64,000 nt of DNA from contig JBFKDW010000004.1 in assembly GCA_041619515.1 (NCBI GenBank), positions 787 through 64,786 of the forward strand. The letters are read 5' to 3'. Below, one piece after another: positions 11,764 to 26,965 of the stretch (the first letter of the stretch is position 1; every line of letters starts with the position of its first letter). The notes below the pieces were generated by a model. It ran no database searches, had not been told where the DNA came from, and saw only the letters and a program-made list of their open reading frames with translations. The position numbers and the translations under genes were made by a program. The DNA comes from Acidimicrobiia bacterium. GTDB lineage: Bacteria; Actinomycetota; Acidimicrobiia; Spongiisociales; SHLN01.

Positions 11764-14700
11764 TCATCCGGGCCGGCCCCGGGTGCGAATGGTGTGGCCG
11801 GCTCGCCGGAGAGTGTCGATGTCGCGGCGCACGGTGGCGGTACTTACCCCGAGGGCCTCTGCCAGGTCGGCGATGGTGGGGGCGGCCCCGGCGGCGGCGG
11901 CTTCGCTGGTGAGGCGCAGAATTTGCTGTCCCCGAACGGCGGGGCCGCCCTCGAGCGTGTCGTCGAGCGGATGGTTGATCGTCCAGGTAACGTCGATGAG
12001 CTCCCGAGCGCTGATGGGACGCCCGGTGGGAGTCCCTGCCGCTGCCAGGCGCACGGTGATTTGATAGGGGCGCGCCGCCTGCCAGGCGTCGGCGAGCGTA
12101 CGGTGGAGCGGCACCCGGGTCAGGCTGCGATTGACCTCCTCGGGCCCGAGCCCTTTCAGCTGCCGGAGCATGGCCGCATGCGCCGCGTCCAGCGTTGCGT
12201 ATGCTGCCGAGTAGTCGCCGAGCATTTCCTGGGCACGCATTCGCCAATAGAGGAGGTCGGCCTCCTGTGCCCAGCCACGCCAGTCTTCGGTCGCAGCAAG
12301 TGCTCCGGCTGGGTCGCCGTTGAGCACCAGCGCCCTGGCATAGGGGACGTTCAGGTCGGGCAGCAGCCATTCGGTGCCCGAGGCGGTGCACGCCGCCCGT
12401 CCTTCCCTGGCAACCCGCAGGCCCGCCTGCAATTCTCCAGCGTCGAGGTGGAGATGAGCCGCAGTCCGGAGCAGCTGCAGCCTGGCGTTGGTTGCTTCCG
12501 GGCCCGAGGCCTTGGAAAGCCCGGCGGCCAGCTCGGCATGCGCCAGGATCGAGTCACCATCGCGCCTGGCGATCTCTGCCAGGGTCCCGTGGCACAGCGC
12601 GGCCCCCGAGGCATGTCCCAGCGAATCGAAGATCGCCAGCGCCTCGTTGCTCAGTCGCTTGGCCGCTTCGTCGTCCCCGAGGGCATGGTGGAGGCTGGCC
12701 ATGTTGGCGGTGGCCATGGCGAGGCCCCTGCGGCTGTCCATGGCCTGGAACACGCCCCGGCTTCGCTCGGCCGGGGTCATTGCCCGGGCCGCCTTGCCCG
12801 AGATCGTGTAGTGATGACCGAGGTTGAGCGCGTTGATCGCAACGCCGTAGCGGTAGCCGATCTCCTCACACAGGCCGGCGGCCCGCAGCAGCGTCGACTC
12901 CACCAGCGTGTCTTCCCCCCTCTGTCCGTACATGACGGCGAACGATCCCAGGATCCCGGCCAGCCCCCGCTGATCCCGGTGCTTCTCGTAAATGGCCTGG
13001 GCCGCGGCCAGGTGCCGCTCCGCCTCCTCGAAGCGATTCAGGTGGAGCAACGCATCCGCGAGAGCGTTGCGGATGCTTGCCTCGAGGACGGCCTCACCGG
13101 AGGCAAGGCGGAGCCCGGACTCCAGCCATTCGACTGCATCGACATGGCGTGATCCCCACATTGCGATGGTGCCCAGCACTTGCAGGTCGCGAGCCTGGCC
13201 CTCGGCATCGGCCAGTTCGGTGTGTCGTTCCAGGGCTGCGACCGCCAGGCGTTCGGCTTCGTCGAGCCGGGAGGTCGAGGCCAGCAGCCAGGCACGCCGG
13301 TGCGTGAGCTCGGCGGCCAGCACCGGGTCGTCTTTCGCCGAAGCATGCAATTGGTCCAGCAGCGTCTGCTGGCCGTCACGATCGGCCAGCACTTCCAGAA
13401 TCTGCTCGAGTGCCAGCCGCAGGCGGGACTGGTCGGCCATGCCCCAACCGGCAGACTCCGCCGCCTCCAGCGCTTCGTGGTAGCGATCCCGGGCGGCTGC
13501 GTAGGCGCTGAGCGATCGGGCTTCCTGGGCCGCCTGCTCGAGGTAGTCGGCGGCCTCGTCCGGCACACCGCCGAGGCGGAAATGGTGGCCGAGGTGAGCC
13601 GGGTCGATGATTCCGGCGCGCTTCATCTGCCAGGCAACCCGCCGGTGGAGGTTGGGCCGCTCGTCCGCCGGCATCGAATCGTATGCCACCTGGGCGAGCT
13701 GATCGTGGGCAAGGGCGTACCGTTCGGTCGCCGTTGAGATCATTCCCGCCCGGATGAGGTAGTCGACCGCATCCAGCACCTGTGGCCTCGGAATCTCGCA
13801 CACTTCCGCCAGAGCGTCGATGTCCATGCCCGACCCGCTCACCGCCAGCGCCCTGGCGGCGTGCCGGGGCTCGCCCGGCAGCGCGTCGAGCCGGTTGGAT
13901 ATCAGCTCGAAAACGGTGCCGGACACCGGCAGTTGCTCCATGTCAACGGCCGGGACGCCGAGCGGGGGCTTGAGCGCCTCGCTCACGTTGCGCTCGTGGA
14001 TGGCGCGCAGCGTTTCCAGCATGAACAACGCGTTGCCGCCGGTAGCAGCGTGAATCCGGCTCACGAGCGTCCCGGTCGAGCCTTCCGGCATCAGCCTGCG
14101 GACGAGTTCACCCGTCTCGGATGCGGTCAGCGGCTCGAGCAGTATGCGCGTCTGCCGGCCAGACCGGTCGAGTGCCCGCACCGTCTGCCACTGGCCGGGC
14201 TGTGCCTCGAGCTCGAGACGGCGGTAGGCCACGCATATGAGCAGCGGCGTGTCGGCCAGATCGGCGGCGAGGGCTTCCAATGCCCACAAAGTGTCCTCGT
14301 CGATCCGATGGAGGTCATCGAGGATCAGCATGGTGGGTGTGAGCTGGGCGAGCGCTACGAAGGTGCGATGGAACGCTTCCCGGACCCGGTCTCGCTCCTC
14401 CGACCCGTCCCTCAGCGCCACGCCGCCTGCAAGATCTGGTGCCCAGCGCCCCACCGCCGGCAGGAGTGGCGCGAGCGCCCGCAGCCATACGCCGTCCATT
14501 CGCTCGACCAGCTGACGGATCCGCAGTTCGGTCAGACCGTCTTCGAGGGAGCGCCTGAGTCCTTCGAAGGGTGTGGTTACCCCGGAAGAGGTAGGCCCGC
14601 CCCACAGCACGCTGAGGCCGCGCCAGTTTGCGTCCTCGGCACACTCGGTGAGGAGCCGGGTCTTGCCCACTCCCGGTTCACCTTCCAGCAGCACGACGCC

Positions 14701-15585
14701 GCCTCGCCCCGCCAGAGCATCCTCCATGCGGGCGATGATCTCGTGGCGCTCGGCGGCGCGTCCGACCAGCGGGGTCGCGTCTGCCTCGAACAGACGGGAA
14801 CGGCTGTTCTCTGCGAGAGGGACGATCGGTGTGTGTCGACCGATCACGATCTCCTCGCGCAGGGCGTCGGTCTCGGCGGCAGGTGCGGCGCCGATTTCCG
14901 TGGCGAGAATCGAGGCGCAGCGCTCGTACTGAGCCAAGGCCTCGTTGGGGCGTCCGAGCAGGTAGCACAGGCGCATGACTTCCCGGTGGGCCTCCTCGTG
15001 AAGGGGATCGAGCAGCGCCAGCCGGCGAGCGTAGACCAGCGCCTGGTCGAAATCACCCCAGCTCTTGCTCAAGCGGACGATGTGGTTGAGGACCGCGAAC
15101 AGGGCCTGGCGAAGACGCTCCTGCTCGACCAATATCCAGTCGTCGTAGAAACCCGCCAGGAAATCCCCGGCGTACAGCCGCACTGCCTCCATGAGGCTGT
15201 CGAGAGCTGCGGCATGGTCCGGCGTGTCGTCGCTCTTGAGCATCGCAACGGCCGACTCGAAGACATCGACGTCAACCCACGCTCCAGCGTCGGCGTTGAA
15301 TCGGATGGTGGTGGGGCTCGTCTGGATGTACCCGTCGAGGTCGGCGGCCTCGCTGAGCACCGATTGGATCTGCCAGAGCGCGTGGCTCAACCGCCGCCGG
15401 GCCTGGGTCTCGGGCATGTCGGGCCAGAACAAGCCGGCCAGGAGGTCGCGGGTCGGGGCAGTGTGACGGTTGGCGACCAGGTACGCGAGCAGCGAGCGGC
15501 CGGCGCGGGAAGCTATCGGCGGCAACGGCTCGCCCCTCGCTTCCAGCGTGAGGCCGCCAAACATGCGGATTCGCAGCCCGTTCAC
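11764..15585 (-). CDS. Large SARP/AfsR-like regulator: wHTH + BTAD + STAND/AAA NTPase + TPRs + C-terminal DUF1670-like HTH
   Basis: LRIRMFGGL, RDLLAGLFWPD, LDPLHEEAHREVMR (BTAD), GEPGVGKT (Walker A), LILDDLH (Walker B), TPR-like helices, LAEALGVSTATVRRDIDTLR...TRG. GTG 15585 chosen because TACCTT lies 6 nt upstream. Confidence 0.9.
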   Translation of the reverse strand: MNGLRIRMFGGLTLEARGEPLPPIASRAGRSLLAYLVANRHTAPTRDLLAGLFWPDMPETQARRRLSHALWQIQSVLSEAADLDGYIQTSPTTIRFNADAGAWVDVDVFESAVAMLKSDDTPDHAAALDSLMEAVRLYAGDFLAGFYDDWILVEQERLRQALFAVLNHIVRLSKSWGDFDQALVYARRLALLDPLHEEAHREVMRLCYLLGRPNEALAQYERCASILATEIGAAPAAETDALREEIVIGRHTPIVPLAENSRSRLFEADATPLVGRAAERHEIIARMEDALAGRGGVVLLEGEPGVGKTRLLTECAEDANWRGLSVLWGGPTSSGVTTPFEGLRRSLEDGLTELRIRQLVERMDGVWLRALAPLLPAVGRWAPDLAGGVALRDGSEERDRVREAFHRTFVALAQLTPTMLILDDLHRIDEDTLWALEALAADLADTPLLICVAYRRLELEAQPGQWQTVRALDRSGRQTRILLEPLTASETGELVRRLMPEGSTGTLVSRIHAATGGNALFMLETLRAIHERNVSEALKPPLGVPAVDMEQLPVSGTVFELISNRLDALPGEPRHAARALAVSGSGMDIDALAEVCEIPRPQVLDAVDYLIRAGMISTATERYALAHDQLAQVAYDSMPADERPNLHRRVAWQMKRAGIIDPAHLGHHFRLGGVPDEAADYLEQAAQEARSLSAYAAARDRYHEALEAAESAGWGMADQSRLRLALEQILEVLADRDGQQTLLDQLHASAKDDPVLAAELTHRRAWLLASTSRLDEAERLAVAALERHTELADAEGQARDLQVLGTIAMWGSRHVDAVEWLESGLRLASGEAVLEASIRNALADALLHLNRFEEAERHLAAAQAIYEKHRDQRGLAGILGSFAVMYGQRGEDTLVESTLLRAAGLCEEIGYRYGVAINALNLGHHYTISGKAARAMTPAERSRGVFQAMDSRRGLAMATANMASLHHALGDDEAAKRLSNEALAIFDSLGHASGAALCHGTLAEIARRDGDSILAHAELAAGLSKASGPEATNARLQLLRTAAHLHLDAGELQAGLRVAREGRAACTASGTEWLLPDLNVPYARALVLNGDPAGALAATEDWRGWAQEADLLYWRMRAQEMLGDYSAAYATLDAAHAAMLRQLKGLGPEEVNRSLTRVPLHRTLADAWQAARPYQITVRLAAAGTPTGRPISARELIDVTWTINHPLDDTLEGGPAVRGQQILRLTSEAAAAGAAPTIADLAEALGVSTATVRRDIDTLRRAGHTIRTRGRPG

Positions 15586-15631
15586 CCCCTCAAGGTAGTC
15601 GATCCAGGAACTGGATATTCGGGAATCAGAG

Positions 15632-16321
15632 TCACAGGCCGCCGAGCAGTGCGGCAATGACCTCCGGCCGTTCCAGGACGAGGGCATGGCCCGCACCCGG
15701 GACGATCACGAGCTCCGAGCTCGGTCCGATGGCGGCCGCCGTCTCCCGGGCGATCCCGACGTATTCGTGATCGTGCTCACCCGCCACGACTTTCACCGGC
15801 ATCCGCAGTTCGGCGAGGCGTTCCCACAGCGGTTGCTGGGCGCCCTGTCCCAGCCGCCGCAGCTGATCGGCGAGCTGCGCCTCCGAGGTGAGGCGATGGC
15901 GGCGGGCGGAGATCGGGTCGAGACCGGCAAACATCGGCTGGGCGAGCCAGCGGTCGAGGAACGCATCGCAGCCGTTGCGTTCGATCCAATCAGCGAGTTG
16001 CTCGTCCCGTCGCTTCCGCTCCTCACGCTCGTCGGCATCGGCGACGCCGGGATTGGCCGAGATGAGCACGAGCGCGGCAACCCGCCCGGGGTGGTCGAGC
16101 GCCACCCGCAGCGCCAGTCGCCCACCAAGCGAGTATCCCGCCCACACCCCGACGTGCTCGCGTGCGAGGTCCCGGGCCGCGTCCACGAAGCCGATGCCGG
16201 ACGGAATGGTTACCGGCACCGCGCGAGCGGGCCGGGGGAGGGACTCGATTACGGCGCTCCAGGCATCCGCAGTCTGAGAGAACCCCGGCACCAGCAGGTA
16301 GCGAAGATGCTGTTCAATCAC
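15632..16321 (-). CDS. Alpha/beta hydrolase, MenH-like (SHCHC synthase)
   Basis: [40 protein letters not shown]. Confidence 0.8.
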   Translation of the reverse strand: MIEQHLRYLLVPGFSQTADAWSAVIESLPRPARAVPVTIPSGIGFVDAARDLAREHVGVWAGYSLGGRLALRVALDHPGRVAALVLISANPGVADADEREERKRRDEQLADWIERNGCDAFLDRWLAQPMFAGLDPISARRHRLTSEAQLADQLRRLGQGAQQPLWERLAELRMPVKVVAGEHDHEYVGIARETAAAIGPSSELVIVPGAGHALVLERPEVIAALLGGL

Positions 16322-17435
16322 CCAGGCTCATGCCGAGCTGGCGGGCCGTTTGGATCCACGGATGGTCGAGCGGTACGACGCGCCGGTGGCCGGCTACCTG
16401 TTCGAGCGGCACCCGCACCGCTTCGCCCCGCTGGGAGCCGATCATCATCCCGAAGTCCTCGTCCGCTACTGCTTGGGTCGCCTCGGCACCCAGGCGGGTG
16501 GCGAGAAGCCGATCGATGTGGGTGGGAGTTCCGCCCCGCTGGACGTGGCCGAGGATGGTGACCCGTGATTCGAGACCGGTGATCTCCTGCAGTTGCCGGG
16601 CGATGCGTGCCGTATGGTCCTGACGCCCCTCGTCGAACGAGTCGAGCGCCGCGGCGGCCTCTTGTTTTTCTTCGGGCGTGGCAGCAGCCGCCTTGGATGC
16701 CCTCAGCGCAGCCCTTGTTGCGGTGGCGTCCTTCGACATGGCACCTTCGGAGACCGCCACGATGCTGAAGCGGCTGCCGCCGGATTTGCGCTCCAGCAGC
16801 GAGTTGGCCACGAGATTCACGTCGAAGGGGATCTCGGGAATGAGGACGACATCGGCTCCGCCGGCAATGCCGGCCCCGAGTGCGAGCCATCCCGTGTTGT
16901 GGCCCATGATCTCAACCACCATGATCCGGTGATGGCTGTGGGCCGTTGAGTGGAGTCGATCGACCGCCTCGGTGGCGATCGCCAGCGCAGTGTCGAATCC
17001 GAAGGTGCGCTCGGTCATCGCCACGTCGTTGTCGATGGTCTTGGGAAGCGTGACGATCGGCATTCCCTTCTTCGAGAGCCGGAACGCGTTCTTCTGGGTG
17101 CCGCCCCCGCCGAGGCAGATGAGGGCGTGGATGCCCAGCTTCTGGCAGTTCTCGATCATTGCGTCGGTCATGTCGAGGACCTGCCCACCCACTTCCATGC
17201 GGTGCGGCTTGTCCCGGCTCGTCCCGAGGATGGTTCCGCCCTTGGTGAGGATCCCTGACAGTTTCTCTCCGTCGAGGCGAATGGTTCGGTTCTCCATCAC
17301 CCCGCGGAAGCCGTCGAGGAAGCCGAACACCTGCATGCCGTGGGCACGAAGTGCCGTCTTCCCGATGGCCCGGATGGCGGCGTTCAGGCCGGGGCTGTCG
17401 CCTCCGGCGGTCAGGATTCCAATTGTCTGGGGCAC
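16314..17435 (-). CDS. pfkA: 6-phosphofructokinase (actinobacterial type, probably ATP-dependent)
   Basis: [44 protein letters not shown] start with GGAGGAG RBS; the track's extension to 18314 is a shadow of galM. Confidence 0.93.
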   Translation of the reverse strand: MPQTIGILTAGGDSPGLNAAIRAIGKTALRAHGMQVFGFLDGFRGVMENRTIRLDGEKLSGILTKGGTILGTSRDKPHRMEVGGQVLDMTDAMIENCQKLGIHALICLGGGGTQKNAFRLSKKGMPIVTLPKTIDNDVAMTERTFGFDTALAIATEAVDRLHSTAHSHHRIMVVEIMGHNTGWLALGAGIAGGADVVLIPEIPFDVNLVANSLLERKSGGSRFSIVAVSEGAMSKDATATRAALRASKAAAATPEEKQEAAAALDSFDEGRQDHTARIARQLQEITGLESRVTILGHVQRGGTPTHIDRLLATRLGAEATQAVADEDFGMMIGSQRGEAVRVPLEQVAGHRRVVPLDHPWIQTARQLGMSLGD

Positions 17436-17570
17436 GTGCTCCTCCCACCGCATGCCAGCGTGCATGGTAGGCCGGGCCGCCCGCTGCCCGTCGCCGCATC
17501 GGCTGTGGTCGCAGCGCTCCTCGAGCCCTCGTGCCGCCGTTCGGTCGCCGTTGGTCGGTACGGTTGGGGG

Positions 17571-18602
17571 ATGACCGTGGCACGAACCGGCGCCGGCCTG
17601 ACCGCAACGGGAGAGGCAGTCGAGCTGTTCACCTGCACGAACGCGACCGGCTGCACGCTGGAGTTGCTCAGCTGGGGCGCAACCGTCAAGTCCCTGTCGG
17701 TACCGGACAGGGAGGGACACCTCGGCGACGTGACGCTCGGGTTCCCCGACCTGTCCGGGTATCTCCAGCGTCATCCCTACTTCGGCTCCACGGTGGGCCG
17801 TTTCGCAAATCGCATAGCCGGTGCCAGGTTCACCCTCGACGGAGTTGGATACCGGCTGGCCGCCAACAACGGCGCCAATCACCTCCACGGTGGCGAGACG
17901 GGGTTCGACAGGGTGGTGTGGGACGCCGAGCCCTTCGAGGATCAGGATGCCTCCGGGGTCCGGTTCCGGTACCACAGCCGTGATCGGGAGGAGGGCTACC
18001 CCGGGAATCTGGAGGTCGAGGCGAGCTACGCCCTGACCGACAGCGATGCGCTGGTCATGGCCTTTCAGGCGACGGCCGACGCCCCCACGCCGGTGAACCT
18101 GACCAATCACACCTATTGGAACCTCGCCGGAGCGGGGCTCATCCTCGACCATGTGGTCGAAATCGAGGCCGACCGATACCTTCCCGTCGACGCCGGGCAG
18201 ATTCCGACGGGTGAGATCGCCGTCGTTGCCGGCACCCCAATGGACTTCACGAAGCCCAAACCGGTCGGGCGCGATCTCGATGCGATCCCGGGCACGCGCA
18301 CCGGCTACGACCATTGCTTCGTCCTACGGCACCGGTCGACCGTCGCCCGGGCGGCCCGCGTCGCCGAGCCCGGGTCGGGGCGCGTGATGGAGATCTTCAC
18401 GACGCAGCCCGCCCTCCAGTTCTACACGGGGAACAACCTCAGCGGCTTCGAGCCCCACGGTGGGTTTGGCCGGTTCGCGGGGTTGTGCCTGGAGACGCAG
18501 CATTTCCCCGATTCGCCGAATCAACCCCGATTCCCGGACACGATCTTGGCTCCCGGCGAACGGTACGCCCACGAGACGGTGCATCGGTTCTCGGTCGAAT
18601 AA
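17571..18602 (+). CDS. galM: Aldose 1-epimerase (galactose mutarotase)
   Basis: [55 protein letters not shown]. Confidence 0.95.
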   Translation: MTVARTGAGLTATGEAVELFTCTNATGCTLELLSWGATVKSLSVPDREGHLGDVTLGFPDLSGYLQRHPYFGSTVGRFANRIAGARFTLDGVGYRLAANNGANHLHGGETGFDRVVWDAEPFEDQDASGVRFRYHSRDREEGYPGNLEVEASYALTDSDALVMAFQATADAPTPVNLTNHTYWNLAGAGLILDHVVEIEADRYLPVDAGQIPTGEIAVVAGTPMDFTKPKPVGRDLDAIPGTRTGYDHCFVLRHRSTVARAARVAEPGSGRVMEIFTTQPALQFYTGNNLSGFEPHGGFGRFAGLCLETQHFPDSPNQPRFPDTILAPGERYAHETVHRFSVE

Positions 18603-18625
18603 GTCGCCGCCACTAGCGTATGGCA

Positions 18626-19645
18626 ATGGATCTAGGCGGGTTCATCCGCGGGCTGCCGAAGGCCGAGCTGCACGTGCACATCGAAGGGACGCTCGAGCCG
18701 GAGCTGGCCTTTGAGTTGGCCGTGCGCAACGGCGTTGGGCTGCCGTACTCGTCGGCTGCCGAGGTGCGGGCGGCCTATGAGTTTGCCGACCTCCAGTCGT
18801 TCCTGGACATCTATTACCTGGGTGCCGCCGTGCTCGTCACCCGGCAGGACTTTGGCGACCTCATGTCCGCGTATTTGGAGCGCGCCCACGCCGACGGTGT
18901 TCGCCACGCGGAAATCTTCTTCGACCCCCAGACCCACACCGGACGGGGGATCGGCTTTCCGGTCTTCATGGAGGGGTTCGCCGACGCCCAGAGGGAGGCT
19001 GAGCGTCGCCTCGGGATCACTTCCTCGCTCATCCTCTGCTTCCTGCGGCATCTGCCGGGGGAAGCGGCCGTCGAGACTCTCGAGGCGGCCGAGCCGTTCC
19101 TCGACAGGGTGGTGGCGGTCGGCCTCGATTCGGGCGAGGTAGGAAACCCGCCGGAGTTATTCGCCCAAGCATTCGCCGCCGCCCGGGCAAGGAATCTGCG
19201 GGCCGTTGCCCACGCCGGCGAGGAAGGCCCAGCTTCGTACGTGGCAGGTGCACTCGACGCCCTGGGAGTGGAGCGAATCGACCACGGCGTGAGAGCGGAG
19301 GAGGATGCGGGCCTCCTCGACCGTCTCGTCCGTGAATCGATTCCACTCACGATGTGCCCGCTGTCGAACATCAAACTGCGGGTGTTCGATTCGCTCGCGG
19401 ATCACAATCTCAAGCGGCTGCTCGAGCGCGGCGTGCGCGTCACCGTCAACTCCGACGATCCCGCCTACTTCGGCGGCTACGTTGCCGACAACTACCTGGC
19501 TGTGGCCGAGGCCCTCGATTTGAGCCGGGCCGACCTCGTGCAGCTGGCGAGGAATTCCCTCGAGGCCAGCTTTCTGCCGAACGGCCGCCGCGAGGAGCTC
19601 CTCGCCGAGCTGGACGAGTACGCCGGGTCGGTGAGCGAGCGGTAG
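18626..19645 (+). CDS. add: Adenosine/adenine deaminase
   Basis: LPKAELHVHIEGTLEP, VAHAGEEG, RIDHGV, CPLSN, NSDDPAYFGG. Start is 18620 or 18626. Confidence 0.93.
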   Translation: MDLGGFIRGLPKAELHVHIEGTLEPELAFELAVRNGVGLPYSSAAEVRAAYEFADLQSFLDIYYLGAAVLVTRQDFGDLMSAYLERAHADGVRHAEIFFDPQTHTGRGIGFPVFMEGFADAQREAERRLGITSSLILCFLRHLPGEAAVETLEAAEPFLDRVVAVGLDSGEVGNPPELFAQAFAAARARNLRAVAHAGEEGPASYVAGALDALGVERIDHGVRAEEDAGLLDRLVRESIPLTMCPLSNIKLRVFDSLADHNLKRLLERGVRVTVNSDDPAYFGGYVADNYLAVAEALDLSRADLVQLARNSLEASFLPNGRREELLAELDEYAGSVSER

Positions 19646-19747
19646 TCGCGGCGACCCGAGCGTCCGGGCCCCCTCGGTGGTGGAACGTTCCAAGCGTCGG
19701 GTGCAGGGTTCATCAAGGGCAGGGGACCGGGCGCCGAAAAACTAGGG

Positions 19748-24382
<4,635 letters not shown>

Positions 24383-24417
24383 GCGGGCCGCCTCTCGCAG
24401 GCGACCAGAATCACGGC

Positions 24418-25080
24418 ATGGATGTTGTAGGCGTCGACGGCTGGCGCAACGGCTGGGTTGGCATCACGCTGACAAACGGACGGTTTCGTGAGGCCTGGAT
24501 CGCCGCCGACGCCTCCGGTGTGCTCGAAGCGGCCGGGGCCGCCGACGTGATCGCCATCGACATCCCGATCGGCCTGTCGAACACCGGCACCCGGGCCTGT
24601 GACCGTCAGGCCAAGCAACGGCTGGGCCGGCAGGCGGCCCGTGTCTTCCTCACTCCTCCCCGGCCCGTCCTCGAGCTCGAGCCGTATGCGGTTGCCAACG
24701 CCGCCTGCCAGGAGCGGTTCGGGTTCGGGATATCCCGCCAGAGCTATGCGCTGCGAAGCAAGATCTTGCAGGTCGATGCCGTCGAAGACGGGAGGCTCCA
24801 CGAAGTCCATCCCGAGCTGGCTTTCCAAGCGATGGCGGGATCACCGCTTCCTTCCAAGAAGACTTGGGCGGGGGTGAGCGCCCGTCGAGCGGTGCTGGCG
24901 GCGGCGGGGATCGTGGTGGGTGAGGACCTCGGCGATGCCGGGGCGGTACCGGTCGATGATGTGTTGGACGCCGCCGCGGCGGCGTGGACGGCCCACCGGA
25001 TTGGGCGAGGTGACGCGGAGAAGGTGCCCGACACGCAGGAGCTCGACCACCTGGGCAGGCCGATGGCGATCTGGTTCTAG
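24418..25080 (+). CDS. DUF429 family protein (RNase H-like fold)
   Basis: VGVDGWRNGW, IDIPIGL, EVHPELAF, DDVLDA. Confidence 0.85.
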   Translation: MDVVGVDGWRNGWVGITLTNGRFREAWIAADASGVLEAAGAADVIAIDIPIGLSNTGTRACDRQAKQRLGRQAARVFLTPPRPVLELEPYAVANAACQERFGFGISRQSYALRSKILQVDAVEDGRLHEVHPELAFQAMAGSPLPSKKTWAGVSARRAVLAAAGIVVGEDLGDAGAVPVDDVLDAAAAAWTAHRIGRGDAEKVPDTQELDHLGRPMAIWF

Positions 25081-25125
25081 CTGCATCACCAGCGGCCGCG
25101 GGCTCGCCGGGTTTCGTCCGCCCGG

Positions 25126-25872
25126 CTACCGGTGCTCGGGGTTCTCGAAATCGAAGCGACAGCCGGCATCCCACAGCGAGCGCTGGTTGCCATGGGCAGG
25201 CATGCCCCCGGCGTCCTTGAGCATGCGCGCCAGGTGCATCAGGTTCCAGGTCATGAACGTCGTGTTGCGGTTGGTGAAGTCGTTCTCCGGTCCACCCGAG
25301 CCCTCATCGAGATAGCTCGGCCCGGGCCCGGCCTCGCCGACCCAGGCGGCATCGGCCTGCGGGGGGATGGCGTAGCCGAGGTGCTGAAGCGAGTAGAGGA
25401 CGTTCATGGCAACGTGTTTGGCGCCGTCCTCGTTTCCCGTGACCAGGCAGCCGCCGACCTTGCCGTAGTAGGCATACTGGCCCTCGTCGTTGAGCATCGA
25501 CGAGTTGCCGTACAGACGCTCGATGACCTGGGTGCACACCGAGGTCTTCTCTCCCAGCCAAATGGCAGACCCGAGCACCAGGATGTCGGCGGCCTGCACC
25601 TTCTCGTAGATGGCCGGCCACTCGTCGGACTCCCAACCGCGCTCGGACATGTCCGGCCACACGCCGAAAGCAATGTCGTGGTCGACGGCTCTGAGGTTCT
25701 CCACCTCGACCCCGTTTTTCTCCATGATCGAGATGGCGATGTCCATGAGCCCCTGGGTGTGGGAACGCTCCGGCGACTTCTTCAAGGTGCAGTTGATGAA
25801 CAGGGCCCGCAAATTTGAGAAGTCCCACGAGCTCTCCGTCGCCAGCTGCTCCAACCGATCCTTCATTGTCAT
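25126..25872 (-). CDS. Flavodoxin / NADPH-dependent FMN reductase family protein
   Basis: INCTLKKSPERSHT, ADILVLGSAIWLG, TGNEDGAKH; AGGAGG RBS. Confidence 0.85.
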   Translation of the reverse strand: MTMKDRLEQLATESSWDFSNLRALFINCTLKKSPERSHTQGLMDIAISIMEKNGVEVENLRAVDHDIAFGVWPDMSERGWESDEWPAIYEKVQAADILVLGSAIWLGEKTSVCTQVIERLYGNSSMLNDEGQYAYYGKVGGCLVTGNEDGAKHVAMNVLYSLQHLGYAIPPQADAAWVGEAGPGPSYLDEGSGGPENDFTNRNTTFMTWNLMHLARMLKDAGGMPAHGNQRSLWDAGCRFDFENPEHR

Positions 25873-25928
25873 GTCGACCTCCTGGTCACGGGACGCTACT
25901 CCCCGCCGCGCTCTCCGTAAACCCGCGC

Positions 25929-26798
25929 TCAGGCGGACATCGGAAGGAGCGCGAGAACGGTCAGTCCGAAGAGGGCAACGGCCCCGGCCGCCAGGATCGG
26001 ATCGCCGGCACGGTAGAAGGCGACCGTTTGCCACACTGCGAGCGGTACCAACGACACCAGCCAGCGAGCCTCCGAGAGCTCGAAGTAGCCCGCCGCCGGC
26101 CCCGCCAAGAGGATGGTGAAGGCACCGAGGATGAGCACGCCGTGGAGGATTCCGACACGGCCGGGCCCCAGCCGCACCGACAACGTGGTCTTCCCCGCCT
26201 GTTCGTCCGACTCACGATCGGGTCTCTCGAAGGCGAGCAGCATGGCGTGGTGCAGCAGGAAGAGCGGCGCCAGGGCGTAACCGAGCCGAATGGAGGGCGC
26301 CGAGCCGGCGAGGAGGGCGCCGGTGAGCGGGACGAGCACCGACACGACCAGAGAGGCGGATGTGATGCCCCACCATGTCGAAACCAGGCGGAGCGGAGGG
26401 GCCGAGTACCCCCAGGCTCCCGCCAGGCCGACCGCTCCCGCCGCGGCTGCCCAACCATCGACGGTGGCGACTGCCGCGATGGTCGCCATCGAAATACCCG
26501 TCGTGGCGAGCGCGGCCCGGTGCGCTACGTCCGGAGCCAGTTCGCCGGCAGCAAGAACCCCGCTCCCGCCCGAGAACCAGGTTCGTCGAGCACCGACGAG
26601 CCGGTCGGCCTCGAGATCGAAGTACTCGTTCGCATAGTGGGCGGTCAGCTGAATCGCGGTGACCATCGCCTGGCCCAGCGCGTACCGTTCCCAGGTAAGC
26701 GACCCGTCACCAAAGGTGGCCCCCAAAGCGAACAGCAGCGCGCCTCCCAGCAGGAAGAAGGGCCGGGTGAGCCGCAGGAACGCCGAGGCGGTTGCCAT
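25929..26798 (-). CDS. UbiA-family prenyltransferase (MenA-like)
   Basis: FLRLTRP, ANEYFDLEAD, SGGSG, YSAPPLRL, DRESDEQAGKTTL. Confidence 0.85.
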   Translation of the reverse strand: MATASAFLRLTRPFFLLGGALLFALGATFGDGSLTWERYALGQAMVTAIQLTAHYANEYFDLEADRLVGARRTWFSGGSGVLAAGELAPDVAHRAALATTGISMATIAAVATVDGWAAAAGAVGLAGAWGYSAPPLRLVSTWWGITSASLVVSVLVPLTGALLAGSAPSIRLGYALAPLFLLHHAMLLAFERPDRESDEQAGKTTLSVRLGPGRVGILHGVLILGAFTILLAGPAAGYFELSEARWLVSLVPLAVWQTVAFYRAGDPILAAGAVALFGLTVLALLPMSA

Positions 26799-26965
26799 GC
26801 GGGAAGGTTCGCACAGTCGCCGCCCGGCGACGAGCCTGTCGGGCGTTGCCGAACCCGAGGCGCCGGTAAAGGCCGCCGCTGCCGCCATGTCCTCGCCATG
26901 TTCCCAGTCAGGTCGGGGAGTGGCGGCGAACGATCTCTGAGGTCACACTCGCCGAGGAGAAGGGT

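Noticed and set aside
16314-17435. PPi-dependent PFK forming a PPi-based glycolysis with ppdK
   Set aside because: The specificity motif reads GGGGT (Gly, not the Asp of GGDD-type PPi enzymes), which favours ATP; ppdK is more than 10 kb away.
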